Part shown: positions 38,444 to 48,913 of the stretch, piece by piece
Numbering within the stretch: the first letter of the stretch is position 1
Layout: each line of letters begins with the position of its first letter
Source: an uncultured Gemmatimonadales bacterium
Lineage (GTDB): Bacteria > Gemmatimonadota > Gemmatimonadetes > Gemmatimonadales > GWC2-71-9
Direction of reading: 5' to 3'
Assembly: GCA_963842945.1 (NCBI GenBank)
Contig: CAWJIM010000019.1
Location: 672,001-736,000 of the forward strand
DNA length: 64,000 nucleotides
The notes under the pieces: generated by a model
What the model was told of the DNA's origin: nothing
Seen by the model: the letters and a program-made list of their open reading frames with translations, nothing else
The model's database searches: none
Program-made: the position numbers and the translations under genes

Positions 38444-40060
38444 CTATTCTGCCGGTTTGGCAGACACTGGTAACCCCGCCTCATTCCACGCGTTCCAGCC
38501 ACCGACCAGCGCCCTGGCCTTCTTCCATCCTGCCTGACGGAGCTCTCGCGCCACCCGGGCGCTTGTGGCTTCGTCCTTTCAGGTACAGTAGAGGACCAGT
38601 GTCGCGTCGGGATCGAGCCTCCGCTCCCGCGCGAGGCGCACCGCGTCGTCGGGCGGCATCCGGATCGCGTCGCGGGCGATCGCGGCGGAGTCGCGATAGC
38701 TCCGCTCGGTCCGCACGTCCAGCAGGGTCACCGGCTCCCCGCGCTCCTGCAGGTCGCGAAGCTCCTCGATGGTGATCTTCTCCGAAAGCTGCGGCGCTTC
38801 GCCCGGGGCGGGCCCGAACGAGATCTCCTCCGGCTTCTCCGGCCGGGGCGCGGGCGCCGGGGCCTGCTCCGATCGCGCGCGGCGGAGAAAAATCGCGATG
38901 CCGGCGCCGTGCACCACCACCGATAGCAGGACCACGAGGCAGGTGATCTGGAACAGGCGCACGGATCCCTCGACCCCCGCGAACACCGGCAGCAAGGCCA
39001 GGAGCAGCGTGCTCAGGCCGCGCGGCCCGAGCCACGCGATCAGCCGCCGGCTCCGCGGCTCGACCCCGCCCAGCCGCAGCACCGGGATCAGGACCGCCGT
39101 GCGCAGCCCCAGCGCGAGCACCGCGAAGGCCAGCGTCAATCCGTCCGCCACCTGGAAGCCGGTCCAGATCACCGAGGCACCGAACGCCACGAACGTGAGC
39201 AGCAGGAACATCTCGGCCGAGGCTTCGCCGTAATCCAGGAAGCAATCGCACAGCTCCACGTCCATCGCGGCCACCATCAGCCCGCCGGCGAACGCCGCGA
39301 GGAACCCGCTGCCGCCCACCGACTCCGCGGCCGCGAACGCGGTGAACGCCACACCCAGCGCGTAGAGCGACTCGTAGTCCCGGCGCACCCCGACCTTCGA
39401 TCGCACCCGGTCGAGGAGGGCGATGGCGACGTAACCCACCCCCACGCCCAGCGCCGGCCCCAGGATGAAGAGGCCCATCGCGCGGCGCGAGACATCGGCA
39501 TCGGACGCGCCTCCCGCGCCCAGGGCCAGACTGGCGAGCACCACGACGGGGAGGAGGATCACGTCGTTGCTCCCGCTCTCGAGTCGGAGGGCCAGGCGTG
39601 CGGGGGGCGGGAGCGCCGGACTCCGGACCAGGGTCCGCAGGAGGACCGGGTCGGTCGAGGCCAGCGCGGCGCCGAGAATCGCGGCGCCGGCGGGCGGCAG
39701 GCCGAGCAGGAGCCAGGCGGCGAGGGCGATGAGCGCGGCCGGCAGGATCGTGCCCGGCCCCAGGATGAGCAGCGCGAGCCGCCGCTGCTCCCGCACTTCG
39801 CCGATGTCGACGGAGATGGCGTCGCTGAACAGCACCAGCACCAGGGCCAGCGTGGCGAGGACCTCGAGCGACTCCGACTCGAGCGAGAACTCCACCACGC
39901 CCAGACCGGCGGGGCCCAGCATGGCGCCGAGGAGGAGGAAGATCGCGACCTGGGGCACGCCCGACCGCTCGACCGCGCCCGACAGCAGCGAGGCGGCGAT
40001 GATGACGACGCCGATGAGCGCGAGCGCGGCGACGAAGGGATCGTGGAACATGGTCCTCAT
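38444..40060 (-). CDS. CPA1 cation:proton antiporter fused to a C-terminal rhodanese domain, predicted selenocysteine at TGA 38581-38579
   Basis: LVLFSDA, ASTDPV, LRLESGSND, WLGPRGLST; rhodanese LLDVR...LVLYCT*KDEATSARVARELRQAGWKKARALVGGWNAWNEAGLP continues in frame for 44 residues past TGA to TAG at 38444. Confidence 0.85.
38550..38581 (-). promoter_or_regulatory. Candidate bacterial SECIS hairpin directly 3' of the UGA
   Basis: UGA AAGGACGAA GCCAC AAGCGCCCGG GUGGC: GCCAC/GUGGC stem 9 nt after UGA; invariant in all three copies; not tested with a SECIS model. Confidence 0.5.
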
Positions 40061-40112
40061 TATGGCAGCGTACTGGCGGTCACCGCCAGCCGCATGGTAA
40101 CCTGGATTCCTG

Positions 40113-41595
40113 ATGCCCACGAGCGAGCCGACCGCCACCGCCATCCTGCTCACCATCTGCGGAATCCTGCTGCTGGTGAGCGTGCTCTCCAGCCGCGCGT
40201 CCCAGCGGATCGGGGTCCCGATCGCGCTGTTCTTCCTCCTCGTCGGCATGCTGGCCGGGTCCGAGGGGATCGGCGGGATCCCGTTTGCCGACTACCGGCT
40301 CGCCTTCCGCATCGGGGCGGTGGCGCTGGCGCTCATCCTCTTCGACGGCGGACTCAACACCCCGCTGGACGTGGTGCGCCGAGTCTGGGCTCCGGCGGGC
40401 GTTCTCGGCACGGTCGGGGTCCTGCTCGTCGCGGGGCTGGTCGCGATGGTGGCACGGCTGGGCGGACTGCCCTGGCCCGCCGCGCTGGTGCTCGGGGCCA
40501 TCGTCTCGTCCACCGACGCGGCCGCCACGTTCGCCGTGCTTCGGGCCAGCGGGCTTCAGCTCAAGCGGCGGGTGGCCGCGACGCTGGAGGTCGAGTCCGG
40601 CGCCAACGATCCCGCCGCGGTCATCCTGACCACCACGCTCGCCTCCAACCTCCTCGGCGCCGGGGCACCTCGGCCTGGGCGAGATGCTCGTCGAGATCGT
40701 CACCCAGCTGGTGATCGGGGCCGTGGTAGGCATCGGCGCCGGCTACGCCGGCCGCGCGCTCATGGCCCGGCTCCAGCTGATGACCGGCGGCCTCTACCCG
40801 GCGCTGATGCTCGCGTTCGGCTTCCTCTCCTTCGGGGTGGCAACGCTGGTCGAGGGGAGCGGGTTCCTGGCGGTGTATGCCACGGGGATCGTGCTCGGCA
40901 ACGGTCCCCTGCCCTATCGCGCCGGTCTGCTGCGCATCTTCGACGCGCTCGCCTGGCTGGCCCAGATCGGGATGTTCCTGCTCCTGGGGCTGCTGGTGTT
41001 CCCCTCGCGCCTGGGCGAGATGGCGGGACTCGGGCTCGGCATCGCACTGCTGCTGGCGATCCTGATCCGGCCGCTGGTCGTCGCGCTCTGTCTGGCACCG
41101 TTCCGCTATTCGGCACGGGAGATCGCCTTCATCGGCTGGGTGGGCCTCCGCGGCGCGGTGCCGATCGTGCTGGCCACCTACCCGGTGCTGGTCGGTGCGC
41201 CGGGCGCGGACCGGATCTTCCACCTCGTGTTCTTCATCGTGGTGGTCGGCGCCATCATCCCCGGCGGCACCGTGGCCTGGGCGACCCGGCGCCTCGCCCT
41301 CGAGTCGCCCCAGCCGCCCGCGCCGCACGCCCTCCTCGCCATCGAGTCGCGGGTGCCGCTCGAGGGCGACCTGATGTCCTTCTATATAGACGATGCGCTG
41401 GTGGTGTGCGGGCTGAGGCTGGACGAGCTGGATTTCCCCGAGGGCGCCGCGGTCGCGCTCATGGTCCGCGGGGACCGGCTGGTGGCGCCCAGGGGCAGCA
41501 CCCGACTCGAGCCGGGCGACCACGTGTATGTGGTCGCCCAGGAGGAGGACCGGCCGTTCATCCAGCTGATGTTCGGAAGGCCGGAGGAGGATTGA
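40113..41595 (+). CDS. cvrA: K+/H+ antiporter NhaP2/CvrA type with TrkA-C domain; frameshift near 40670
   Basis: GMLAGSEGIGGI, LILFDGGL, SSTDAAATF, LEVESGANDP, WVGLRGAVPIVLATYP, PRGSTRLEPGDHV. Confidence 0.88.
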
Positions 41596-41601
41596 TCGGG
41601 T

Positions 41602-44020
41602 TCAGTCGGACCTGAGTGCCACGACCGCGTCCTGCCGGCTCGCGCGCCACGCCGGGAGCAGCGCTGCGAGCAGCGCCACCATCGCGAGCACGCCCGCGAC
41701 CGCGGCATAGGTCGGCAGGTCGTGCGGCCCCACCTCGAAGAGCAGCCCCCGCACCAGCCGAGCCAGCGCGGCCGCGAGCCCGGCGCCGACGACGAGCCCA
41801 ACCAGCGCGAGTCCCGCGCCCTCCCGCAGCACCTCCATCCGGATCCGCCCCGCGCTCGCGCCGAGCGCCATGCGGATACCGATCTCGCGGGTGCGCTCCC
41901 GGGTCGTGAACCAGAGCACCCCGGCGAGCCCGACCGCGGCCAGCAGGAGCGCGGAGATCCCGAAGGTGCCCAGGAGCATGGTGGTGAAGCGCGGCCGAGC
42001 GAGCGCGGCCGACACCATCGCGCCCACGGTGGCGACGTCGAGCAGCCGCACGCTCGGCTCCAGCGCCGAGGCCTCTCGGCGGAGGGCCGGCAGCAGCGAG
42101 GCCGGATCGGCAGTGGTGCGGATGACGAGATGGTTGAGCGGCCAGGGGCTCTGCTCGTAGGGGACGTACACGTCGAGGCTCACGCTCTCGAGCCCGCGGT
42201 AACGGCCGTCCTCCACCACCCCGACCACTTCCAGCCAGGGCGCGGGTCCGTCGGGCCCGCCCCACTTGATCCGCCTGCCGACGGGATCGTCGCCACCCCA
42301 GAAGCGCCGCGCGACCGACTCCCCCAGGATCACCACCCGCGGCGCCTCGGCGCGGTCGCCCGCGGTGAACCCGCGGCCGCGCAGGACGCGCAGCCCGGTG
42401 CTCTCGAAGTAGCGCGGGGTGACCGCCTCGTAGTTGAGGAAGGGATAGCTCTTCTGCTCGTCGGCGGTGCGGCCCTCGATCGTGAACGGATAGTCGAATC
42501 CCTGCGGACCCTCGAGCGGCCGCACCAGCACGCCGGCGGCAGCCTCCACTCCCGGCAGCGCCTCCGCGCGCTCCACCAGCTGCCCGAAGAACGCGTGCGA
42601 CTTCTTCGCCTCGGCCAGGTCGGGAGTCGACGGGAACACCTGGAGCGTGAGGGTGCGATCGGGATCGGGGCCGGGATCCACCGCACGGAGTCGGAGGAAC
42701 CCGTTGAGCAGGAGCCCGGCTCCGACGAGGAGCACCATCGCCACCGCGGTCTCCCCGACGACCAGCAGCCGAAGGAAGCGGCGCGCTCCCCGGCCGCTGG
42801 AGGTCTTGCCGCCGTCCCGCAGGACCGACTGCACGTCGGTCCGCGCGCCGGTCAGCGCGGGCGCGAGCCCGAAGCCGGTCGAGGCCGCGAGCGCGACCAG
42901 CAGCGCGAACGCCAGCACCGAGCCGTCCATCGTCACCGATTCGGCCCGGAACAGCTCGGCCGGCACCATGGCGCCCAATGTGTGCACCGCGCCAAGGGCC
43001 AGCAGCACGCCGAGCGCGCCGCCGACCGCGCCGAGCACGAGGCTCTCCAGCAGCAGCTGACGCACCAGCCGGCCGCGTGCAGCGCCGAGCGCGGTGCGCA
43101 CCGCCAGCTCGCGACGGCGGGCCGGCGCCTGCGCCAGCAGCAGGCTCGCGACGTTGACGCAGGAGATGACCAGCACCAGCGCGGTGGCGCCGAAGAGGAC
43201 GAGCAGCACCGGCCGCACCCGGCCGGTCAGCCGCTCGCCGAGCGGCTCGATCGTGGTCGCCAGGTGCAGGTCGGGCGGCAGCGCCTCGCGCGCCGCTTCG
43301 TCCGCCACGCGCGACAGCTCGCCGGCCGCGGCACTCGGCGTCACACCGGGCCGCAGCCGACCGATCACCGAGAGGAACCCGATCTCTCGTTTGTCCACCA
43401 GCGAGTCCACCGCCGGCTCAACCGCGCGCCAGAAGCCTGCGCCACGCGGGTAGTCGAACGCCGGCGGCATGACGCCGACGACGGTGTGGGCGATCCCGTC
43501 GATCGCGCACGCTCCGGCCGAGCGCGTCATGTGTCCCGCCGAGCTCGCGCCGCCACAGCGCATCGCTCAGGACCAGCACCGGCGCGGCGCCGGGCCGGTC
43601 GTCGGCGGGCTCCAGCGCGCGGCCGATCGCGGGGCGGACGCCCAGGAGATCGAAAAAGTGGCCCGAGACCATGAATCCCGCCGCCGGCACCGGCTCGCCG
43701 CCGCCTTCCCACACGACCCGCCCGAGGGCGGTCTGATGCGCGGCGAGATCCTGGAACGAGCGCGAGCGCGCCCGCCAGTCGCGGAAGTCGGGGTAGGAGA
43801 TCTCGAGGCGGGTCTCCGGCCGGGCGGCCGGATGGAGATCCACCGCGACCAGCTCGTGGGGAGCGCGGAACGGGGGCGGACGAAGGAGCACGGCCCGGAC
43901 CACGCTGAAGAGCGCCGTCACCGCGCCGACGCCGAGCGCGAGGGTCAGCGTGGCGGCGATGGAGGCGGCGGCGTGGCGGCGAAGGCGGCGAAGCGCGAAG
44001 CGGAGGTCGGAGGCGGTCAT
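41602..44020 (-). CDS. ADOP-type duplicated MacB/FtsX ABC permease; frameshift near 43530
   Basis: DLRFALRRL...TLALGVGAVTALFSVV, ISCVNVASLLL, RELAVRTALGA, RTREIGIRMALGA, PAWRASRQD. Confidence 0.9.
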
Positions 44021-47000
44021 GCCTCGGGAGACGCCGCGGTCCCCGGGCGCCGCACGCCGCGGCGCTCCAGGGCTCGGGCGACGGTCTCCACCAGCACGTC
44101 GGGCGAAAGCGGCTTCTGGAGGAAGAGCCCCGACCCGCGGTCGGTCGGCGCCATGTCCTTCGGATGTCCCGAGACCCACACGACCGGGAGGCCCGGGTGC
44201 TCGGCCGCCAGCCGGTTCGCCAGCTCGCGACCGCCCATCACCGGCATCACGAGGTCGCTCAGCACGAGATCCACCGCGCCGCGGTGCCGCGCGAGCGAGT
44301 CGAGCGCCTCCCGGCCGTTCCGCGCGAGCAGCACCTCGTACCCCGCTTCCTCCAGGGTCCGCTTCATGAGGGAGCGGATGATGTCCTCGTCGTCCACCAC
44401 CAGCACCGTCGCGGGCCGCGCCTGCTCGATCGCGCGCGCCGGCGCCGCGTCCCGGCGACTGGGCTCCTGGGTCAGCGGCAGCAGCACGATGAAGGTGGTG
44501 CCCTTGTCGGGCTTGCTCTCGGCCCACACGTGGCCGCGGCTGTGGGAGACGATGCCGTGCACGGTGGCGAGACCGAGGCCGGTGCCTTCACCCGTCTCCT
44601 TGGTGGTGAAGAAGGGCTCGAAGATGTGGGGGAGATGCTCGGGCGAGATCCCGGAGCCGGAATCCGACACCATCAGCGCGGCATAGGGGCCGTCCGTGGC
44701 GCCCGCCTCCGGCACCGAGGTGCGGGTGGCGGTGCGCACCACCAGCTCGCCGCCGGCGGGCATCGCGTCGCGCGCGTTGATGGCGAGGTTCATCAGCACC
44801 TGGAGCAGCTGCGCGCGGTCCACCTGCACCCACTTCGGCCCCGGGGCGAGCTGCACCACCATCTCGATACTGCTCCCGATCAGCCGCTGGAGCAGCGACT
44901 GGCTGTCCGCGACCGCGGCGTTCAGGTCGAGCACCTCGGCCACCAGCACCTGCTGTCGGCTGAACGCGAGGAGCTGCTGCGTCATGCCGGCCATCCGCTC
45001 CGCGGCCTTCCGGATCTCGTGCACGTCCTGCCGCGCCCGCGCGCTGAGCCCGGGGTCGCGATCCACGAAGGCGGCGAAGCCCGCGATCCCCTGGAGCTGA
45101 TTGTTGAAGTCGTGCGCGAGGCCGCCGGCCAGCCTGCCGATCGCCTCCATCTTGGCCGCCTGGCGAAGGCGTTCCTCCGCCTGGAGCTGGTCCTCCATGT
45201 CGGTGATGGTGCCGACCCACTCCCTGATGTCGCCGTCGGATTGGCGGAGCGGCACGGCCCGGCTGATGGCGCGGCGGTATGCACCGTCGGCCCGGCGGAA
45301 GCGGAAGCGGATCTCGCCGGGGGACGCGCTGCGCAGGATCGTCGCCCACTCCGCCGTGACGCGATCGTGATCGGCGGGATGGACGGCCCGACCGCTGCCG
45401 TCCCGGTACTCCTCCCAGGTCAGGCCGGTGTACCGCTCGAAGCTCGGCGAAGGCGACCGCCAGCGCCCATCGGCGTCCATGGTCCACACGACCTGCGCGG
45501 TCGCCTCGGTCAGTGACCGGTAGCGCTCTTCGCTCTCCCGCAGCGCCGCGCTCGCCTCCTCGCGGACGCGCGCCAGGTGCAGCGCGGCCGAAACCCGCGC
45601 CAGCAGCTCCCGCGCGGCGAACGGCTTCACGATGTAGTCGTCCGCGCGCGCCTCGAGGCCCTCGACCTTCGCCTCCTCGCCGGCACGGGCGGAGAGGAGG
45701 ATCACGGGGAGGCGCTCGGTGTCGGGATGACCCCGCAACGCCCGCAGGAGACCGAACCCGTCGAGCAGCGGCATCATGACGTCGCTCAGGACCAGATCCA
45801 CTGGCTCCTCGCGGACGAGGCGAAGCGCCTCCTTCCCGTTGCCGGCGAGGAGCACGTCGTAGTGCTCCCCGAGGAGGCGTCCCACGTACTCGCGCATGTC
45901 GGCGTTGTCGTCGGCCACGACTACGCGAGCGCGGGGCCCATTCTGCGCCGGGAGGATTGCCGCGGCCGAGGCGATCTCGGCGGGATCGGGGGCGGGCGGT
46001 CCCTCGCCAGAGGCGGGGAGCCAGCGGAGCGCTTCCTCCACATACGCCTCCGCCCGGGTCGCCGTGGCCGAAGGCGGGGCGCCGCTCTCCAACTGCTCCG
46101 CCGGCAAGTGCGCGGTGCCGAGCGGGATCCGCACCTTGAACCGGCTGCCGCGCCCGACCTCGCTCTCGACCGTCACGCCGCCACCGTGCAGCCGCGTCAG
46201 CTCCTGGACCAGCGCGAGCCCGATGCCGGTGCCCTCGTGGGTGCGGCCCCGCGATCCTTCCACCCGGTGGAACCGCTCGAAGAGCCGGGGCAGGTCGGCC
46301 GCGGGGATGCCGGTGCCGGTGTCCTCGACCGTCAGCACCGCTTCGCGGTCGACCTCGCGCAGCTCGACCGTGATCCCGCCGTCGAAGGTGAACTTGAAGG
46401 CGTTGGAGACGAGGTTGAGGACGATCTTCTCCCACATGTCGCGGTCCACCCAGACCGGCTCCGCGAGCGGGGGGCAGCGCACCTCGAAGCGGAGGCCGGT
46501 CCGCTCCACCGCCGACTGGAAGCTGGAGGCCAGCTCGGCCGTGAGCGATGGGAGGTCGGTCGGGTGGTAGCTCGCCCTCGCCCGCCCCGCCTCGATGCGG
46601 GCGAAATCCAGCAGGGTATTCACCAGCTTGAGCAGCCGGAGACCGTTCCGGTGCGCGGTGTGTATCAGCGCGCGCTCGCCCGGCGCCGCGCCCGGATCCC
46701 AGCGGACGAGCACCTCCTCCAACGGGCCGAGCAGGAGGGTGAGCGGGGTGCGGAACTCGTGGCTCACGTTGGAGAAGAACGCGGTCTTCGCCCGGTCCAG
46801 CTCGGCCAGCGCCTCGGCGCGCTCGCGCTCGTCCTCGTAGGCCTGGGCGTTGACCATCGCCCCCGCGATCTGCGCGGCGACCAGCTCCAGGAACCCGCGG
46901 TAGTCGTCGTCGAACAGCCGGTAGGGATTGAGCCCGGCGACGAACACGCCAGCGCGGCCGGACTCGCCGGAGGGTGAGAGCGGGAGGGCGACGGCTCGCG

Positions 47001-47814
47001 ACGGCGGGCGGTCCCAGGCGCCGGCGGGGAGGGTGCCCACCTGGGAGAAATCGGTGATCTCCTGCAGCGCTCCGGTACGGAGCACGTCGCCCAGCGGCCA
47101 CGGCGCGATGGCGTCGAGCTCCACCGCCGGCGGTGCGGCGGGATGACCGGGCGGCAGCCCGGCGGCCCCCGCCAGCACCATCCGGTTGCGCTCGGGCTCG
47201 TGCAGGTAGAGGAGCGCGAAGGGCAGGTCGCGCGAGCCGGTGGCGAGCGCCCGGGCGCTGAGGGCGCAGGCGTCACGCACGGTGCGCGCCTCGCCCGCCC
47301 CGGCCGCGAGCTCGCGCAGGAGCGCGAGCCGGCGCTCGCCGATGATGCGCTGGGTATCGTCGGTGTTGGCGCAGAGGATCCCGCCGGTGCCGCCCTCGTC
47401 GTTGGGCACCGGGCTGTAGGAGAAGGTGTAGTAGGTCTCCTCGGGGTAGCCGTATCGGTGCATGATGAGGAGGAGGGCCTCGTCGTAGGTCCCCTCGTTC
47501 TGCTGCATCGCGGAGGCGGCGCGGGGGCCCACCGAGTCCCAGATCTCCCGCCACACGACCGACGCGGGCTGTCCCAGGGCGACCGGGTGCTTCCCGCCGA
47601 CGATGGTGCGGTAGGCGTCGTTGTAGAGATTGATCAGCTCGTCGCCCCACCAGACGAACATCGGCTGGCGGGAGGTGAGCATGATGCGGACGCAGGTGCG
47701 GAGCGCGCGGGGCCAGCCTTCCACCGGGCCGAGGGGCGTGGCGGACCAGTCCCGGCGGCCCATCAGCTCACCGAGCTCACCTCCGCCGGCGAAGAGGTCG
47801 TCCGGAGCGGACAC
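44017..47814 (-). CDS. Hybrid histidine kinase: PAS/GAF-HisKA-HATPase-REC-PAS-HisKA-HATPase-REC
   Basis: FFSNVSHEFRTPL, NLVSNAFKFT, GTGIGL, SDVMMP, GLAHDFNNQL, NARDAMP, FFTTK...GTGLGL, SDLVMP. Confidence 0.95.
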   Translation of the reverse strand: MSAPDDLFAGGGELGELMGRRDWSATPLGPVEGWPRALRTCVRIMLTSRQPMFVWWGDELINLYNDAYRTIVGGKHPVALGQPASVVWREIWDSVGPRAASAMQQNEGTYDEALLLIMHRYGYPEETYYTFSYSPVPNDEGGTGGILCANTDDTQRIIGERRLALLRELAAGAGEARTVRDACALSARALATGSRDLPFALLYLHEPERNRMVLAGAAGLPPGHPAAPPAVELDAIAPWPLGDVLRTGALQEITDFSQVGTLPAGAWDRPPSRAVALPLSPSGESGRAGVFVAGLNPYRLFDDDYRGFLELVAAQIAGAMVNAQAYEDERERAEALAELDRAKTAFFSNVSHEFRTPLTLLLGPLEEVLVRWDPGAAPGERALIHTAHRNGLRLLKLVNTLLDFARIEAGRARASYHPTDLPSLTAELASSFQSAVERTGLRFEVRCPPLAEPVWVDRDMWEKIVLNLVSNAFKFTFDGGITVELREVDREAVLTVEDTGTGIPAADLPRLFERFHRVEGSRGRTHEGTGIGLALVQELTRLHGGGVTVESEVGRGSRFKVRIPLGTAHLPAEQLESGAPPSATATRAEAYVEEALRWLPASGEGPPAPDPAEIASAAAILPAQNGPRARVVVADDNADMREYVGRLLGEHYDVLLAGNGKEALRLVREEPVDLVLSDVMMPLLDGFGLLRALRGHPDTERLPVILLSARAGEEAKVEGLEARADDYIVKPFAARELLARVSAALHLARVREEASAALRESEERYRSLTEATAQVVWTMDADGRWRSPSPSFERYTGLTWEEYRDGSGRAVHPADHDRVTAEWATILRSASPGEIRFRFRRADGAYRRAISRAVPLRQSDGDIREWVGTITDMEDQLQAEERLRQAAKMEAIGRLAGGLAHDFNNQLQGIAGFAAFVDRDPGLSARARQDVHEIRKAAERMAGMTQQLLAFSRQQVLVAEVLDLNAAVADSQSLLQRLIGSSIEMVVQLAPGPKWVQVDRAQLLQVLMNLAINARDAMPAGGELVVRTATRTSVPEAGATDGPYAALMVSDSGSGISPEHLPHIFEPFFTTKETGEGTGLGLATVHGIVSHSRGHVWAESKPDKGTTFIVLLPLTQEPSRRDAAPARAIEQARPATVLVVDDEDIIRSLMKRTLEEAGYEVLLARNGREALDSLARHRGAVDLVLSDLVMPVMGGRELANRLAAEHPGLPVVWVSGHPKDMAPTDRGSGLFLQKPLSPDVLVETVARALERRGVRRPGTAASPEA

Positions 47815-47817
47815 GCG

Positions 47818-48678
47818 CTAGGCCTCGGCCACGAACACGATGTTCGGATCGTCCCCACACCCTCCCCACCCGATGTGCAGCGTGCCCGGCGTCTCGCCGA
47901 AGGTGCCGGAGACGGCGAGCTCGCCGGCGTCGAAGCGCTGGCCGGTGGCGTCGCAGGCGGCGTTGTAGTGGAGGGGCGTCAGGGTGGTGAGGGTGAGCTC
48001 GAACGTCTCGTCGCCCCGGGACCAGTTGACCGTGCCGGCGATGGTGACGGAGCCGTTGGGGAGCGGCTGGTTGATCTGGAGCGTGGACTCGGGCTCGAAG
48101 CCGATGGTCCACACGTGCTCCACCGCCGCGTCGGAGAGGCCGCTGAATGTGCGGAGGATCTGCATCTCGCTGCTCAGCTCCAGGCCGGCGGGGGAGCCGG
48201 TGAGCGTCACCCGCCCGTTCCGGGTGACGGAGTAGTTCTTGTCGGGATCGTCCGTGGTCAGGCTGAAGCGGAAGTTGGTGAAGTCCACCACCGCGCCGAA
48301 GCCCGCGGTCTCGGGCGCGGGGTCCACCACGCGGAGCTGGCCGACCACATCGAGGTTGAAGCCGCGCACGCCGGCGAAGCGGCAGGGCGGCGCGGTAAAG
48401 GTGTAGCTGGCATCGTCGGGCACGCCGTCGCCGTCGGTGTCGGCCGGGGAGGAGGCGGTGACGCAGGGAGCCTGGGCCGCCCCGGTGCTGAGGGGCTGGA
48501 ACAGCCGGGCCGGGTAGAAGGCGTCGATGGAGGCTTCCACGTTGTCCCGAACCGTGAGCCCGACGGCGGTGGCGGCGTTGTCGGGCAGCGGATCCGCATC
48601 GGGGTCCGTCGAATCGCCGCACGCAGTCAGCCCGGCGGCAAGGGCGCCGAGGACGAGCGCATACGTGCAGGGGCGCAT
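47818..48678 (-). CDS. Hypothetical lipoprotein with a DxDxDG Ca-binding-like loop
   Basis: MRPCTYALVLGALAAGLTAC lipobox; DTDGDGVPDD; GGAGAGG RBS. Confidence 0.8.
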   Translation of the reverse strand: MRPCTYALVLGALAAGLTACGDSTDPDADPLPDNAATAVGLTVRDNVEASIDAFYPARLFQPLSTGAAQAPCVTASSPADTDGDGVPDDASYTFTAPPCRFAGVRGFNLDVVGQLRVVDPAPETAGFGAVVDFTNFRFSLTTDDPDKNYSVTRNGRVTLTGSPAGLELSSEMQILRTFSGLSDAAVEHVWTIGFEPESTLQINQPLPNGSVTIAGTVNWSRGDETFELTLTTLTPLHYNAACDATGQRFDAGELAVSGTFGETPGTLHIGWGGCGDDPNIVFVAEA

Positions 48679-48727
48679 GGCCTCTCCAATCCATTTGTGC
48701 AGGAGGATAGTCCGACCGGGGCCGGGG

Positions 48728-48913
48728 CTACAAGCGCGGTTCGAGGCGCCGCCGCCCTTCCTGGCGGGCGGCGCAGGCCGGGCACAGCTCTCGACCGCCC
48801 GTGCCAACCTGGCGGAGCTCGGGAGGGATCCGCCGGCCTACGGGACAGTCATCGAGTACATGGTACACACCTTCTATGACCGTAAAGAACGGCTCATCTG
48901 CAGTTTCCACCAA
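48728..48913 (-). CDS. Possible small zinc-binding protein
   Basis: VYHVLDDC...LCPAC (H-x4-C...CxxC); GGAGG upstream. Confidence 0.5.
   Translation of the reverse strand: MVETADEPFFTVIEGVYHVLDDCPVGRRIPPELRQVGTGGRELCPACAARQEGRRRLEPRL

Larger units (their letters stand above)
26677..38581. mobile_element. Composite genomic island (two tandem units, 26677-33694 and 33695-38581) inserted in a selenoprotein gene
   Basis: Three direct copies of the gene 3' end; visibly more A/T-ending codons than the flanks; accessory cargo; no integrase seen. Confidence 0.7.

Noticed and set aside
26548..38581. Three 44-nt repeats as a CRISPR array or ncRNA
   Set aside because: Copies are kilobases apart, translate as a rhodanese tail, and no cas genes are present.
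38579..38581. TGA as a sequencing error or true stop
   Set aside because: Present in three independently diverged copies, and the downstream frame is conserved at protein level.
44588..47101. 837-aa ORF and similar long Arg/Gly/Pro-rich ORFs (9257, 41722, 59224)
   Set aside because: Alternate-frame shadows expected in high-GC coding DNA.
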